Both the position numbers and the translations under genes were made by a program. Shown one piece after another: positions 44,415 through 57,700 of a stretch of DNA of 64,000 nt. The notes beneath the pieces are model-generated. The model searched no databases. It saw only the letters and a program-made list of their open reading frames with translations, and was not told the DNA's origin. The DNA comes from Eledone cirrhosa (taxonomy: Eukaryota), in the NCBI GenBank assembly GCA_964016885.1, contig OZ024755.1:38688001-38752000 (forward strand), in the 5' to 3' direction. Numbering within the stretch: the stretch's first letter is position 1; each line of letters opens with the position of its first letter.

Positions 44415-46860
44415 CAGGGAAGCTGTGGAATCGCTTCTTGACTTCATGGATGATTTCTTCCTATCCCAACTGGTGCTCGAACCAACGAGGTGCCACAAAA
44501 ACGTCCTAGACTTAATTTTCAGCAATCACACTGACAATATCCACAATATTGCAGTGGAGAAAACTCTACTCTCTGATCATGACATGGTTCTCTGTGATCT
44601 GAGATTCCACCGTCCAATATACAAACCCAATGTCATCTCTCCTGTCCATCCGTTTGACGCTATGGATTTCCACAATGCAAACTGGGAAGCGATCAGTCAT
44701 GATCTTGCACATGTCGACTGGTCCTTCACGCACACTCATACACCCACTAACATCAAAAAGTCCTGGCAGACATTTGTGGACACTGTTACAAACATATGTG
44801 CTAACCACACCCCATTAAGAACTATAAACAAATCTAAGAGCAGAATCCCTAGAAATAGAAAAACGCTCATCAGAAAAATTAAGAGAACGAACAAAAAAAT
44901 CAACAAGCTGAAATACTGTCAGCAGCAACACATCAACTTAACTGCCATTTCATCACTAGAGATTAAAAAACATAACCTCCAAAACAACATAATGTCCCTC
45001 ATCAACAATCAGAGAAGAGCTGAGGAGGCCTGGGCCATTGAGAAGATCAAACTCAATCCCAAAGTGTTCTTTTCATTTGCAAAAAAACACAAAATCACTG
45101 GCTCTACTGTTGGCCCTCTAATTGATGAAAATGGCACTCTTCAAGACAATGCTAAAACCATGGGTGAGATACTGCAGAAACAATACTGCTCTGTTTTCAG
45201 CAATCCTGATATGGTCGATCTGGGCTGTATCGGCGATGTTACTCCCCATTACACCTTATCGGACATAACGTTTGGCGCCCCTGATGTCTTGGCGGCAATA
45301 AAGGAAATCAAGCATAATTCAGCAGTAGGTCCCGATAGGTTCCCTGCTTGTGTCTTGAAGGCGTGTCAACACCAACTTGCATCTCCTCTTGCCAATCTGT
45401 GGCGGAACTCACTGAATGCTGGATATGTGCCAGAAAACCTTCTATCCCAGTCTGTTGTCCCAGTTTTCAAAAAGGGAAACAAATCCCTTGCCGTGAATTA
45501 CCGTCCAATCTCACTCACCTCTCATATCATTAAGGTATTTGAGAGAGTGGTGAGATCGCGAATGACCCACTTCCTTGAGAGTAACAATATGCTGAATTCC
45601 AACCAGCATGGATTCCGTAATGGAAGGGATTGCCTGACGCAGCTACTGCATCACTTTGATGACATTTTGAGAGCCTTGGGAGAGGGTTCCAACACTGATG
45701 TTATCTACCTTGATTTCAGCAAGGCCTTTGACAGGGTTGATCATAACATTCTACTGAGAAAGCTGTCCAATATTGGTGTCACTGGAAAGCTGCTGCAGTG
45801 GATCAAGAGCTTCCTGCCAAACAGAACCCAACATGTTGTAGTTGAGGGAGTCAAATCCAGCCCAGCCAAAGTCAGTAGTGGGGTCCCACAAGGCACTGTG
45901 TTGGGCCCACTTCTCTTCATCATCTATATTAATGACATCACTGACATCATCAAACACAGCAACATTAAAATTTTCGCTGATGATTCCAAGCTCCAAAAGG
46001 TCATCAATGGCGTGGATGACCGGATAAGCCTTCAGTCAGACCTACTGGCTGTTACCCAATGGGCGGAAAAGAACAACATGTTACTGAACGAAGACAAATT
46101 CGAACTGATCCACTTTGGAAAAGAGGATGCTCTGAAACTCCCGTACTCCCTTCCCTCCGGGGAAACTCTCGTGGCATCTAACAACATCAGAGACTTGGGA
46201 GTAACCGTGGACAGCAACATAAGCTGGACCACGCATATAAGCAGCAAAGTTGACATGGCCCGCAGAATGTGTTCCTGGATCCTCAGAACCTTCCAGTCGA
46301 GAGATTCCCGCACCATTATCCTTCTCTTCTCTACTTTTGCCCGACCACACCTTGAATACTGTTGTCCACTGTGGTCTCCCCACACGAAACAAAGTATCAT
46401 GAAACTTGTAGCTCCTCAAAGGGCAATCACGAAAAAGATAGATGGCATGTCAGACCTTGACTACTGGAGTCGATTAGAAAACCTGAAACTTTACTCACTC
46501 CAACGTCACCGTGAGCGTTATATTATCTGCATGATGTGGAAAATGTTCCATCATCACTGCCCAAATGATGTTGGCATCGCCTTCAAGATACACCCAAGGC
46601 TTGGGCCCTGTGCTATCCGTCCCATTCAAAAATCTAAATCGCAACTCATAACAACAATACGGCACAATTATTTCACCTCAATCGGCCCTGCTCTCTTCAA
46701 CATCACACCAGGACACGTCAAAACAGAAACTGACCACACAAAATTCAAGAAGTCTTTGGACAAATTCCTCCAAGTAATCCCGGACAAACCACCCACACCC
46801 GGATATGTCTCCGCAAACAGTAATTCTCTTCTCGAATGGGCCATGGTGCCCAAATCCTGA
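44365..46860 (+). CDS. LINE ORF2, APE C-terminus plus reverse transcriptase (831 aa open frame)
   Basis: SDHD, GPD, NYRPISLTS, QHGFR, YLDFSKAFD, GVPQGTVLGPLLF, FADD, RDLGV. Confidence 0.9.
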   Translation: MTGPQTLPPGSSASTSDREAVESLLDFMDDFFLSQLVLEPTRCHKNVLDLIFSNHTDNIHNIAVEKTLLSDHDMVLCDLRFHRPIYKPNVISPVHPFDAMDFHNANWEAISHDLAHVDWSFTHTHTPTNIKKSWQTFVDTVTNICANHTPLRTINKSKSRIPRNRKTLIRKIKRTNKKINKLKYCQQQHINLTAISSLEIKKHNLQNNIMSLINNQRRAEEAWAIEKIKLNPKVFFSFAKKHKITGSTVGPLIDENGTLQDNAKTMGEILQKQYCSVFSNPDMVDLGCIGDVTPHYTLSDITFGAPDVLAAIKEIKHNSAVGPDRFPACVLKACQHQLASPLANLWRNSLNAGYVPENLLSQSVVPVFKKGNKSLAVNYRPISLTSHIIKVFERVVRSRMTHFLESNNMLNSNQHGFRNGRDCLTQLLHHFDDILRALGEGSNTDVIYLDFSKAFDRVDHNILLRKLSNIGVTGKLLQWIKSFLPNRTQHVVVEGVKSSPAKVSSGVPQGTVLGPLLFIIYINDITDIIKHSNIKIFADDSKLQKVINGVDDRISLQSDLLAVTQWAEKNNMLLNEDKFELIHFGKEDALKLPYSLPSGETLVASNNIRDLGVTVDSNISWTTHISSKVDMARRMCSWILRTFQSRDSRTIILLFSTFARPHLEYCCPLWSPHTKQSIMKLVAPQRAITKKIDGMSDLDYWSRLENLKLYSLQRHRERYIICMMWKMFHHHCPNDVGIAFKIHPRLGPCAIRPIQKSKSQLITTIRHNYFTSIGPALFNITPGHVKTETDHTKFKKSLDKFLQVIPDKPPTPGYVSANSNSLLEWAMVPKS

Positions 46861-46954
46861 ATTGAAAGACTTCGCCAGGTGGTGCTATTAAGTTAGACAT
46901 GGCCTGGGCCAATACTGGCCAAAACATTTCAAAGTTATTCAAAGTTATATATAC

Positions 46955-47031
<77 letters not shown>

Positions 47032-47264
47032 GATATATATACATATATATTATTAGAAAATGATGGGTTCTTTACAAAATGAAAAATAACTGAGGTGTCC
47101 TACACGAGTGAACGTATAAAGAAAAAAAGATGAAATCTAATATACAACTGGAGTCTTATTTAAAAAAAATATATATTTATTTATTCGGTTCCTTTACAGG
47201 TGTCTCAGTTCTTCTGCTTTTGAAAAGGTTATTCCTAAGGTTTAGGAATAATCCGGGGAAGATG

Positions 47265-49556
47265 TGGACCTAGATCTCAGATATGCACCTTTCCAAGTCC
47301 CAGATTGATTTCATTCTGGTGAGGAAAAAGTGGCGGAATAGTGTTCTGAACACAGAACCATACAACTATTTCAGTACACTGGGTTGTGACCACCGGCTTG
47401 CTATGAGTAAGGTCCGGGTGAGCTTAAGAAAGAGCAAGGCTCGGCCCGGAGAGAAATCTATGACTGGGAAGCTTTCAAGGAAGATGATAAGCTACAGGAG
47501 AGGTTCACAGTGGAAGTGCGGAATAGGTTCAGTGCTTTGTGTGGAGAAGCAGAAGAGAGAGAGAGATTAGATGGACTGAGGAGAGTGTGACGAGGAGGTA
47601 CAGGTACTTCACCAATGCAGTGGCAGAAGCAAGTGAGACCCTGGTTCCGAGGAGAAAGAACAAAAGGAAGCACGTCAGCTCTGCAGACCCAAAAGTGTGT
47701 GCAGGCAGAGAACACCTGAAAGATGCCAAGGACCAATTCTATGCTGATCCTACGGAGGAAAGGAAGGAGAATTTGGAGGTGATGAGGGAAGAACTCTGTA
47801 CCGCTTACACTGAGGCCAGAGAGGAGGCACTAATAGAGAAGATCAGAAGTGTGGAGAGAGCGGTTGACAGGTTTGGATGAAAGGAGAGCTGGATGATCAT
47901 CGAGATCACGGGGATGAAGAGAACGTGTTCGAGTCAGATCCAGGGAACAGGGCCCGAGGATAGGAAGGGGAAATGGCTAGACTATTTTAGGACCCTACTA
48001 GGAGAGGCGCCCTCCACAGCCCAGAACACTGGGGAGATCAGGCGGCTGTTTGAAGAACTTGATATTGAGACAGATCCCTTCACCAGAGAGGAGCTTCAGA
48101 GAGCCAAGAAGAAGATCAAGGAGGGCAAGACTCATGGAGAAGATGGAGTGGCATCAGAGGTGATGATGAGGTGTGATTTTGATGATATCATCCTGGGGTT
48201 CTGTAACCAAGCACTGGAGAAGGGAGCTGCCCCGAATCAGTGGAGGATCAGTAACATCGTCCCAGTGCCAAAGAAGGGAGATCTCTCTAACACCAACAAC
48301 TACCGGGGGATCTCACTGACGTCACTTGGGGCAAAGACCCTCAACAGGATGATTCTTAACAGGATCCAGCCTGAGATGGTGAAGAAGCTCAGGGACAACC
48401 AGAACAGCTTCAGAGAGGGAAGATCAACCACATCCTGATGCTGAGGAGGATATTAGAGGGAGCTAGAGCAAAGTACCTTCCTGCGGTCATTGCTTTCATT
48501 GGCTTTAGGAAGGCCTTTGATTCTGTGGACCGTCACTGCCTGATAAAGATCTTACAGGCTTATGGAATTCCCAAGAAGATAGTGGACCTGATATCACTGC
48601 TCTACACCAACACCAAAGCCCAAGTCATTACACCTGATGGGATGACAGAGTTCTTTGAGATACTATCTGGAGTGCTCGAGGGAGATATATTGGCTCCCTA
48701 CCTTTTTATCATCGTAGTGGACTATTGTATGCGCCTTGCACTGGAGCAACACCAGGACTTGGGCTTTACTGTAACACCGGCTACGAGCAGGAGAGTTAAG
48801 GCGAAAAAGATATCGGATGCTGAATTTACCGACGACATAGCTTTGGTGACAAATACAGTGAAGGAGGCAGAGGATTTGATGCAGAAAGTTGAGACTGTGT
48901 CCATGAGTGTGGGGCTGAGAATGAATGAGACTAAGAGAAAATGTCTGGTAGAGAATGTTGAGAAGCCAGAGGGGATTACTAATGTAGGCGGGAAGCCGCT
49001 GGAATTAGTTGAGGACTTCCTGTATTTGGGAGCAAAGATTGGGAATACGGAAGATGATGTGGTTGAGAGGAAGAGCAAAGCCTGGGCGGCCTGCCACAGA
49101 TCGGTGTGGAAGTCGGACCTTAGTGGAGACCTGAAGATCCGCATCTTCATTGCTGTAGTGGAGTCTGTGCTGCTGTACGGGTCTGAGACTTGGACACTGA
49201 CCAAGAAACTCACGCAGATGGTGGATGGGTGGTACACGAGAATGCTGAGTATACATTGAGGATGAAAAACTCAGAGCTGTATGGGAGCCTCCCAAAAGTC
49301 AGCTCAAAAGTGACACAGAGGAGACAGAGGTTAGCTGGACATGCTCACCGACATCCAGAGTTGACATTGCACTCAGTGCTCCTTTGGGAGCCCCTGCATG
49401 GGACACACTGGAAGAGGAAGACCAAGGTTAACGTATGTTGATGCCCTAAGGACAGACCCTTGTCTGTTGGAGACGCAGGACATGGCAGCGATAATGAGGG
49501 ACAGAGACCGCTGGAGAGAACTCGTCCATAGATCTCAGGAAATTTACCCGTCCTAG

Positions 49557-49557
<1 letters not shown>
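47265..49557 (+). mobile_element. RTE-type LINE, 5'-truncated and decayed
   Basis: SQIDFILV, PKKGDLS..NNYRGISL, FRKAFDS, FTDD, FLYLG, LLYGSETWTLT; several stops and frameshifts. Confidence 0.9.
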
Positions 49558-49645
<88 letters not shown>

Positions 49646-49949
49646 CACGCGCGCGCTCCATCATAAACTTTTATAAAAAATAAATCATACACAAAACACC
49701 AGCATCAACAGTTTTCCAACAGATGTTAACATAAATGACCTGTTATTTTTTATCAAAAGACATTTTTTCCCAATTACACCCCACCCAATCTATCTTATTT
49801 TTCATTCTTTCTTCTGATGAAGGACAAGCATCCGAAACCTGCTATTTCAAGCGTTAAACTAATATACTGTACCGCATTTGTTGGTATTTCAATTTAACCT
49901 TTACACACACATACATACAAACAGACACACATACATTCATATATATATA

Positions 49950-50378
49950 TATGTGTACATGTATGTATATATATATATATACTACTGTACGTCTATGCAC
50001 ATATATGTATGTACGTACATATATATATATGTGTACATGTATGTATATATATATATATACTACTGTACGTCTGTACACATATATGTATGTACGTATAGAT
50101 ATATATATATGTGTGCATGTATGTATATATATATATATACTACTGTACGTCTGTACACATATATGTATGTATGTATATATATATATACTACTGTACGTCT
50201 GTACACATATGTATGTACGTACATATATATATATGTGTACATGTATGTATATATATATATATACTGCTGTACGTCTGTACACATATATGTATGTACGTAT
50301 AGATATATATATATGTGTGCATGTATGTATATATATATATATATACTACTGTACGTCTGTACACATATATGTATGTAC

Positions 50379-50425
<47 letters not shown>

Positions 50426-50480
50426 TGTATGTATATATACATATATACATACTACTGTACGTCTGTACAGTAGTATGTAT
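49950..50480. repeat. Minisatellite (~7 units) of atactactgtacgtctgtacacatatatgtatgtacgta plus TA spacers
   Basis: Unit is the reverse complement of the family B terminal segment (34183-34223). Confidence 0.85.
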
Positions 50481-50569
50481 GTATGTATATATGTATATAT
50501 ATATATGAAAATACTGCTAAATATGTTGCAAGAAAGCTTATTTAGTACAAAGTTTTATACATTTAACAG

Positions 50570-51792
50570 ACACAGTGACATTGTGACAGGGACACTGTGA
50601 CACAGTGACACAGTGAGAGTGACAGTGACACAGTGACAGTGACAGTGACACAGTGACAGTGACAGTGACACAGTGACACAGTGAGAGTGACAGTGACACA
50701 GTGACAGTGACAGTGACACAGTGACACAGTGAGAGTGACAGTGACACAGTGACAGTGACACAGTGACACAGTGAGAGTGACAGTGACACAGTGACAGTGA
50801 CACAGTGACACAGTGAGAGTGACAGTGACACAGTGACAGTGACAGTGACACAGTGACACAGTGACACAGTGAGAGTGACAGTGACACAGTGACAGTGACA
50901 CAGTGACACAGTGAGAGTGACAGTGACACAGTGACAGTGACAGTGACACAGTGACACAGTGAGAGTGACAGTGACACAGTGACACAGTGACAGTGACAGT
51001 GACAGTGACACAGTGACACAGTGACACAGTGACAGTGACAGTGACACAGTGACAGTGACACAGTGACACAGTGAGAGTGACAGTGACACAGTGACAGTGA
51101 CAGTGACACAGTGACACAGTGACACAGTGAGAGTGACAGTGACACAGTGACAGTGACAGTGACACAGTGACAGTGACACAGTGACAGTGACACAGTGACA
51201 GTGACACAGTGACAATGACAGTAACACAGTGACAGTGACACAGTGACAGTGACAGTGACACAGTGACAGTGACACAGTAACAGTGATAGTGACAGTGACA
51301 CAGTGAGAGTGACACAGTGACAGTGACACAGTGATAGTGACAGTAACAGATTGACAGTGACATAGTGACAGTGACACAGTGAGAATGACAGTGACAGTGA
51401 CACAGTGACAGTGACACAGTGAGAATGACACAGTGACAGTGACACAGTGAGAATGACACAGTGACAGTGACACAGTGATAGTGACACAGTGACAGTGACA
51501 ATGACACAGTGACAGTGACAGTGACACAGTGACAGTGACAGTGACACAGTGACAGTGACACAGTGACAGTGATAGTGACACAGTGACACAGTGACACAGT
51601 GACACAGTGACAATGACAGTAACACAGTGACAGTGACACAGTGACAGTGACACAGTGAGAGTGACAGTGACAGTGACACAGTGACACACTGACACAATGA
51701 CAGTGACACAGTGACAGAGTGACACAGTGACAGAGTGACACAGTGACACAGTGACAGAGTGACACAGTGACAGAGTCAGGTACATAGTGACA
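50570..51792. repeat. Satellite of mixed 6/8-bp units (gtgaca / gtgacaca / gtgaga)
   Basis: Direct reading. Confidence 0.95.
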
Positions 51793-52210
51793 GTGGTCTG
51801 GTGACACAATGTCAGTTGTTCAGTGACAACCACAACAGACTAAATTAATGTGTTTTCCCCTAAAATGTTAAATCCAACTTTCCAACTGTGTTAACAAATC
51901 TCCAGGTTTCCAGCCGGACATATTACTTCTCTTTCATTGAAAAGTCACAGTTCATTAAACTTGTATTTATATTAAAATATAGCTAATAATTCCTGCTAAC
52001 CGCAGCAGTGAATGGTTGTGGTCAGGCTGCAGCTTTACAGAGTTGGACAGAATATCTTGTGATATTCATTGATGTTTATCTGTTTTCTTAATTCACCCCC
52101 TGCCACTACAAAGTTTTGGCTATGTCAAACTGTAAACAAACTGTAAACAAACTCTTTTACTTTTGTTGTACTTTATTCTGTCATCAAATGTAACATATGT
52201 TTCATTATTA

Positions 52211-52400
52211 GGTGGTGCATTGGCAGTATCGGTAGAGGGTCGGACGCCATGCTTTCCAACATAGTTACGTCTCTTTACGATCTGAGTTCAAATCTCACCG
52301 AGGTTGAATTTGCCTTTCATCCTTACGGGGTCGATAAAATAAAGTACCAGTAATGCACTGGGTATTTGCTGGCCTTGTGCCTAAAGTAGAAACAATTATT
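52211..52400 (+). mobile_element. SINE family 1
   Basis: A/B boxes, core, tail. Confidence 0.9.
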
Positions 52401-53094
52401 ACGTTGTATATAAAATAAATAACTGTAATTTAATAGGGAGTATCGCATTGATCTTACTTCTAAATTTAAAATATTGGGCTTATGACCGACCATGAGAAGT
52501 AGGAATATTTTAATTCACAAAAGAAGAGTATTGCTCTAGATTGTTAAATGCATGACTAAAATTAGAGACTAGACCTAATTTTCCTTTTCTTTTTCTTTTT
52601 ACTATCCATCTGACCAATGTCACCCCCCCCCCCCACTTCCTCTGTTCCGCAATCGCATCTATTCATCTCTTAAATCTCAACCCAACACCCTCACATCGTC
52701 ACATAAGCGCCAAAGTGTTCACTATTCGACCAAAACATCTCTTCATCCACACTTCTACCAATGGATGTTCCCCGCCATCATTCTTTCGTCTCCTCAATCC
52801 CTTTCTTCTAATTATTCCCCCCATCTATGCCACATTCTCAAACATTTCTTCTCACAAAACAACCAATCAAAATAAAGTAAAATTGACCACCATAAACGAA
52901 TAAGAACTGATGTTTATTTTCTCAAAGCTGTAAGGGAACCATTTTGTCATTACCATAACAGAGTGTCCGAAGAGCTTTTGATACCAGAGTCGGGCAAGAT
53001 CGATACAGGTCGAACCTTCAGCTGATCAATTACGAAAGGCGCGTCACACCTCAATAAACGTAATGGAAATTTAAGAACTCATCCATTTTATTAT

Positions 53095-53190
53095 CATAAC
53101 TTTGCCTTTCATCCTTACGGGGTCGATAAAATAATGTACCAGTAATGCACTGGGTAATTGCTGGCCTTGTGCCAAAAGTAGAAACAATTA
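53095..53190 (+). mobile_element. SINE family 1, 3' half
   Basis: Core and tail. Confidence 0.85.
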
Positions 53191-53934
53191 TATATATATC
53201 AACATGGCGGTGGATTGGCATGATGTAACACATGTATCCTATGATATAATACATATATCCTATGATATTATACATATGGCCTATGACGTGATGCATATGT
53301 TCTATGATATGATACATGTCATATGAAATAATACACATGTCTTATGATATAGTACATATGTCCTATTGCATAATACATATGTCTTATGATATAATACATA
53401 TGTCCTATGATATAGTACATGTCTTATGATACAGTACATATGTCCCATGACATAATACACATGTCCTATGACCTAACATATATGATAAGACGTAATACAT
53501 ATGTCATGTGATGTAGTACATGCGTCATATGACATACTTCATATGTCATATCATATAATAAATATGTGCTACGACCTAGCATATGTTATATTACGTAATA
53601 CGCATATCCTATGACATAATACATATGTCCCATGACATAATACGTATGTCCTACGAGGTAGCACATGTCATATTAGGTAATACGTATGTCATATAGTGCA
53701 ATATGTATGTCCTAATGCATTAGACATATGTGTGAGTAAATACCTGTTTAGGTTTATCAGTTCTGTATATAAGGATCAACAGGTAACGAAGGAAATGTGG
53801 CTGAAATCAAACCTGTAACACCCACCTGTTTAAAATATCGAAAGGCTGGACCTATCAATGTAAGTAGTGTCGGTCTTACTAAATGTGGAGAGGCGGGGGG
53901 GGGGGCAATACAGCCTACATACAGTCATGGATGT

Positions 53935-54250
53935 AACATGGCTGTATGGTTAAGGGGTTCCTTTCACAATCATTAGCTTCCGGGTTCGATCGACCTTGTG
54001 ATATCTTGGAAATATATTATTTAACATAGCCTCGTGTCGACCTCATCGATGAAACTTGGTGGACGGAGGCTGTTTAGAAGCCCGTTGGGTGAACTCAGTC
54101 TTTAACTCAATGGGCCATATCATATACTGTTATCATATACTGTATCATGCTGTTCAGAGTACACGTGTCTGTGGAATGCTTTGCCACATTCACATTAATT
54201 TCACGAGTAATTACGAGTTGTTTATGATTGAATAACTGGAAACCTCACAA
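53935..54250 (+). mobile_element. tRNA-derived SINE (family 2); mirror copy at ~56280-56610 on minus
   Basis: A-box tggctgtatgg, B-box ggttcgatc, body ggtggacggaggctgtttagaagcccgt. Confidence 0.65.
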
Positions 54251-54329
54251 CGAAACTGACGGAGACCCGTTCCAAATCCAACCATATGCACTGGCTAATT
54301 GTAGTTCGGTGTGCTTCATTCATTTAGCT

Positions 54330-54530
54330 AATAATTGTTTCAACTTTTGGCACAAGGCCAGCAATTACCATAGTGCGCCAGTGCATTACTGGTACTTTAT
54401 TTTATCGACCCCGTAAGGATGAAAGGCACAGCTATCCTCAGCGGGACTTGAACTCAGAACACAAAGGGCCATAACTCTATGCTGCACAACATAGTGTCTG
54501 ATGCTCTACCGACACTGCCAATCGACCATC
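54330..54530 (-). mobile_element. SINE family 1 (mirror at 56016-56216 on plus)
   Basis: Reverse complement of the consensus. Confidence 0.88.
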
Positions 54531-54559
54531 ATTTAGCTAATAATGTATTATTAGCTGAA

Positions 54560-54750
54560 GACGGTGGATTGGCAGTGTCGGTAGAGGGTTGGACGCCATG
54601 CTTTGGCGCATAGAGTTACGGCCCTTGCCATTCTGAGTTCAAATCCCGCCGACGTCAACTTTGCCTTTCATCCTTACGGGGTCGATAAAATAAAGTACCA
54701 GTAATGCACTGGGAAATTGCTGGCCTTGTGCCAAAAGTAGAAACAATTAT
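54560..54750 (+). mobile_element. SINE family 1 (mirror at 55795-55990 on minus)
   Basis: A/B boxes, core, tail. Confidence 0.9.
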
Positions 54751-55442
54751 ATATATATCAACGCTTATGTGAACTTCTTTAATTCTTTGAATCTCTACAC
54801 TGGATCTTCACGTTGGACCCTTACCAAAATTCTACTTGAATCCTTCCTCACATTGCAGGACGTTTACCCAGCCTTTTGCTGTGAAAATGTTCTCCATCTC
54901 ACCAATATTTTACCTTCCACTTCACACCCTCCTCTCCTCTATCTTCCTTTTTCTTCTTCTTTCTCCCAAACGACAATTGTTCTTTCTCGCATTCTTGCTT
55001 CTGATGAAGAACTAGTATCTGAGATGTTAAGAATCTTTTCCAACTATATCCAGCGTTAAACTAATATACCATTATCGCATTGTGTTGTTCTCCTGTATTA
55101 TTTTTATTCAATGTTTCTTATATATGTACACATATTGCTTAAGTTTGTAATATCTAAGACACTGTGTTAGAAAACAAAACACTAAAACTTAACGGAATGC
55201 GAATGAAATACATAAAAAAAGTAGATCTAGGAGCAAGCTTATTTTTTTCAAACCTGTCTTGAATATGTTTTTCAGAGATTTGTAATACATTTTATTTGGA
55301 TGTAAATTTCTTATGACAAGATTATATTTGCGATAAGCTTAATCAATTATTGTGGAAACAACTATAGAATATGTAATAAGAAATCATATTAACACAGTAT
55401 ATAAAGTGCGTTGGAATAAAATATATTGAATATATCAACAAA

Positions 55443-55632
55443 ATAATTGTTTCTACTTTTAGCACAAGGCCATCAATTACCCAGTACATTACTGGTACTT
55501 TATTTTATCGACCCCGTAAGGATGAAAGGCAAAGTTAACCTCGGCAGGATTTGAACTCAGACCGCAAAGGGACGTAACTATGCTGGGAAGCATGGCGTCC
55601 GACCCTCTACCGATACTGCCAATCCACCGCCC
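55443..55632 (-). mobile_element. SINE family 1
   Basis: Reverse complement of the consensus. Confidence 0.9.
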
Positions 55633-56669
55633 CTTGCCAATCCACCAAAATAATAAAAGAACACAATGTGTGTCTTATACTTGTCTTGCCATAAAACCCA
55701 TTTACATTTTTGGGGATCAAAATTTAAATTATTTTTCTTAATTTTATTTTCCTATACTACACTTTAAAGATGCTAGTATATTTCATTGTTACATTAATTA
55801 ACTGTTTCTAGTTTTGGCACAAGGCCAGCAATTACCCAGTGCATTACTGGTACTTTATTTTATCGACCATTAAGGATGAAAGGCAAATTTAACCTGGGCG
55901 GGATTTGAACTCAGAATGGCAAGGGCCGTATCTCTATGCGTCAAAGCATGGCGTCAGACCCTCTACCGACACTGCCAATCCACCATCTTCATATAATAAT
56001 ACATTATTAGCTAAATGATGGTCGATTGGCAGTGTCGGTAGAGCATCAGACACTATGTTGTGCAGCATAGAGTTATGGCCCTTTGTGTTCTGAGTTCAAG
56101 TCCCGCTGAGGATAGCTGTGCCTTTCATCCTTACGGGGTCGATAAAATAAAGTACCAGTAATGCACTGGTGCACTATGGTAATTGCTGGCCTTGTGCCAA
56201 AAGTTGAAACAATTATTAGCTAAATGAATGAAGCACACCGAACTACAATTAGCCAGTGCATATGGTTGGATTTGGAACGGGTCTCCGTCAGTTTCGTTGT
56301 GAGGTTTCCAGTTATTCAATCATAAACAACTCGTAATTACTCGTGAAATTAATGTGAATGTGGCAAAGCATTCCACAGACACGTGTACTCTGAACAGCAT
56401 GATACAGTATATGATAACAGTATATGATATGGCCCATTGAATTAAAGACTGAGTTCACCCAACGGGCTTCTAAACAGCCTCCGTCCACCAAGTTTCATCG
56501 ATGAGGTCGACACGAGGCTATGTTAAATAATATATTTCCAAGATATCACAAGGTCGATCGAACCCGGAAGCTAATGATTGTGAAAGAACCCCTTAACCAT
56601 ACAGCCATGTTACATCCATGACTGTATGTAGGCTGTATTACCCCCCCCCCCCCTCCACATTTAGTAAGA

Positions 56670-57700
56670 CATGTGCTACGTCGTAGGACATACGTATTAT
56701 GTCATAGGATATGCGTATTTCGTAATATAACATATGCTAGGTCGTAGCACATATTTATTATATGATATGACATATGAAGTATGTCATATGACACATGTAC
56801 TACATCACATGACATATATTACGTCTTATTATATATGTTAGGTCATAGGACATGTGTATTATGTCATGGGACATATGTACTATATCATCAGACATATGTA
56901 CTATATCATAGGACATATGTATTATATCATAAGACATATGTATTATGCAATAGGCCATGTGTACTATATCATAAGACATGTGTATTATTTCATATGACAT
57001 GTATCATATGATAGAGCATATGCATCACGTCATAGGCCATATGTAGAATATCATAGGATATATGTATTATATCATAGGATACATGTGTTACATCATATGA
57101 CGTGTATTATGTCATAGGAAATGCGTATTACGTCACATGGCGTATGTATTAGTTCATACGACACAAGTAGTATGATAATAGGATATATATATATATCACA
57201 GCATAGGTAATATCAATTATGACATGTGACATACACATTACGTCATATGGCATGTATTATTTCATAGGAAATATATATCATAGGTCATATATATTAAGAC
57301 GTAGGATGTATATACTATTTTATACAACATATGTATTATATCCTAGGATATCTGGATTTGTCAATTGGTTATATGACATTTGTATTATACCATAGGACAT
57401 ATGTATTAGGTCATGACTTATGTATTACGTCGTAGGACATATGTATTAGGTCATATGCCTTATGTATTACGTCGTAGGACATATGTATTAGGTCATGTAA
57501 CTTATGTATTAGGTCATATGACATATGTATTAGGTCATATGATTTATGTATTAGGCCATGTCATATGATATATGGATTAGGTCATAGGAGATATGTATTA
57601 CGCCATATGACTTATGAATTTAGTCATGATTTATGTATTAGGCCATATGACATATATATTAGGTCATATGACTCATGTATTATGTCATATGACATATGTT
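56670..57700. repeat. Degenerate ~22-bp satellite (atatgtattaggtcatatgac-like)
   Basis: Direct reading; partly mirrored at 53220-53730. Confidence 0.8.

Larger units (their letters stand above)
43850..46948 (+). mobile_element. CR1-type LINE (ORF2 plus short 3' UTR), inserted in (TA)n
   Basis: APE plus RT, C-terminal LEYCCPLWSPH / YWSRLENLKLYSLQR / PDKPPTPGY, tail repeats tcaaagtta. Confidence 0.92.
53220..57096. repeat. Large inverted duplication: arms ~53220-54750 and ~55795-57096, ~1-kb spacer
   Basis: Identical ORF-track peptides 54228-54416(+) and 56131-56319(-); mirrored SINEs and ~22-bp degenerate satellite. Confidence 0.9.

Noticed and set aside
50538-51833. Cys/His-rich 'metal-binding' ORFs
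   Set aside because: All three minus frames are open because the gtgaca satellite lacks stops.
51890-53060. Possible host exons in unique-looking sequence (about 52005-52090 and 52960-53007)
   Set aside because: Weak splice signals and no recognisable peptide; cannot be supported without transcripts.
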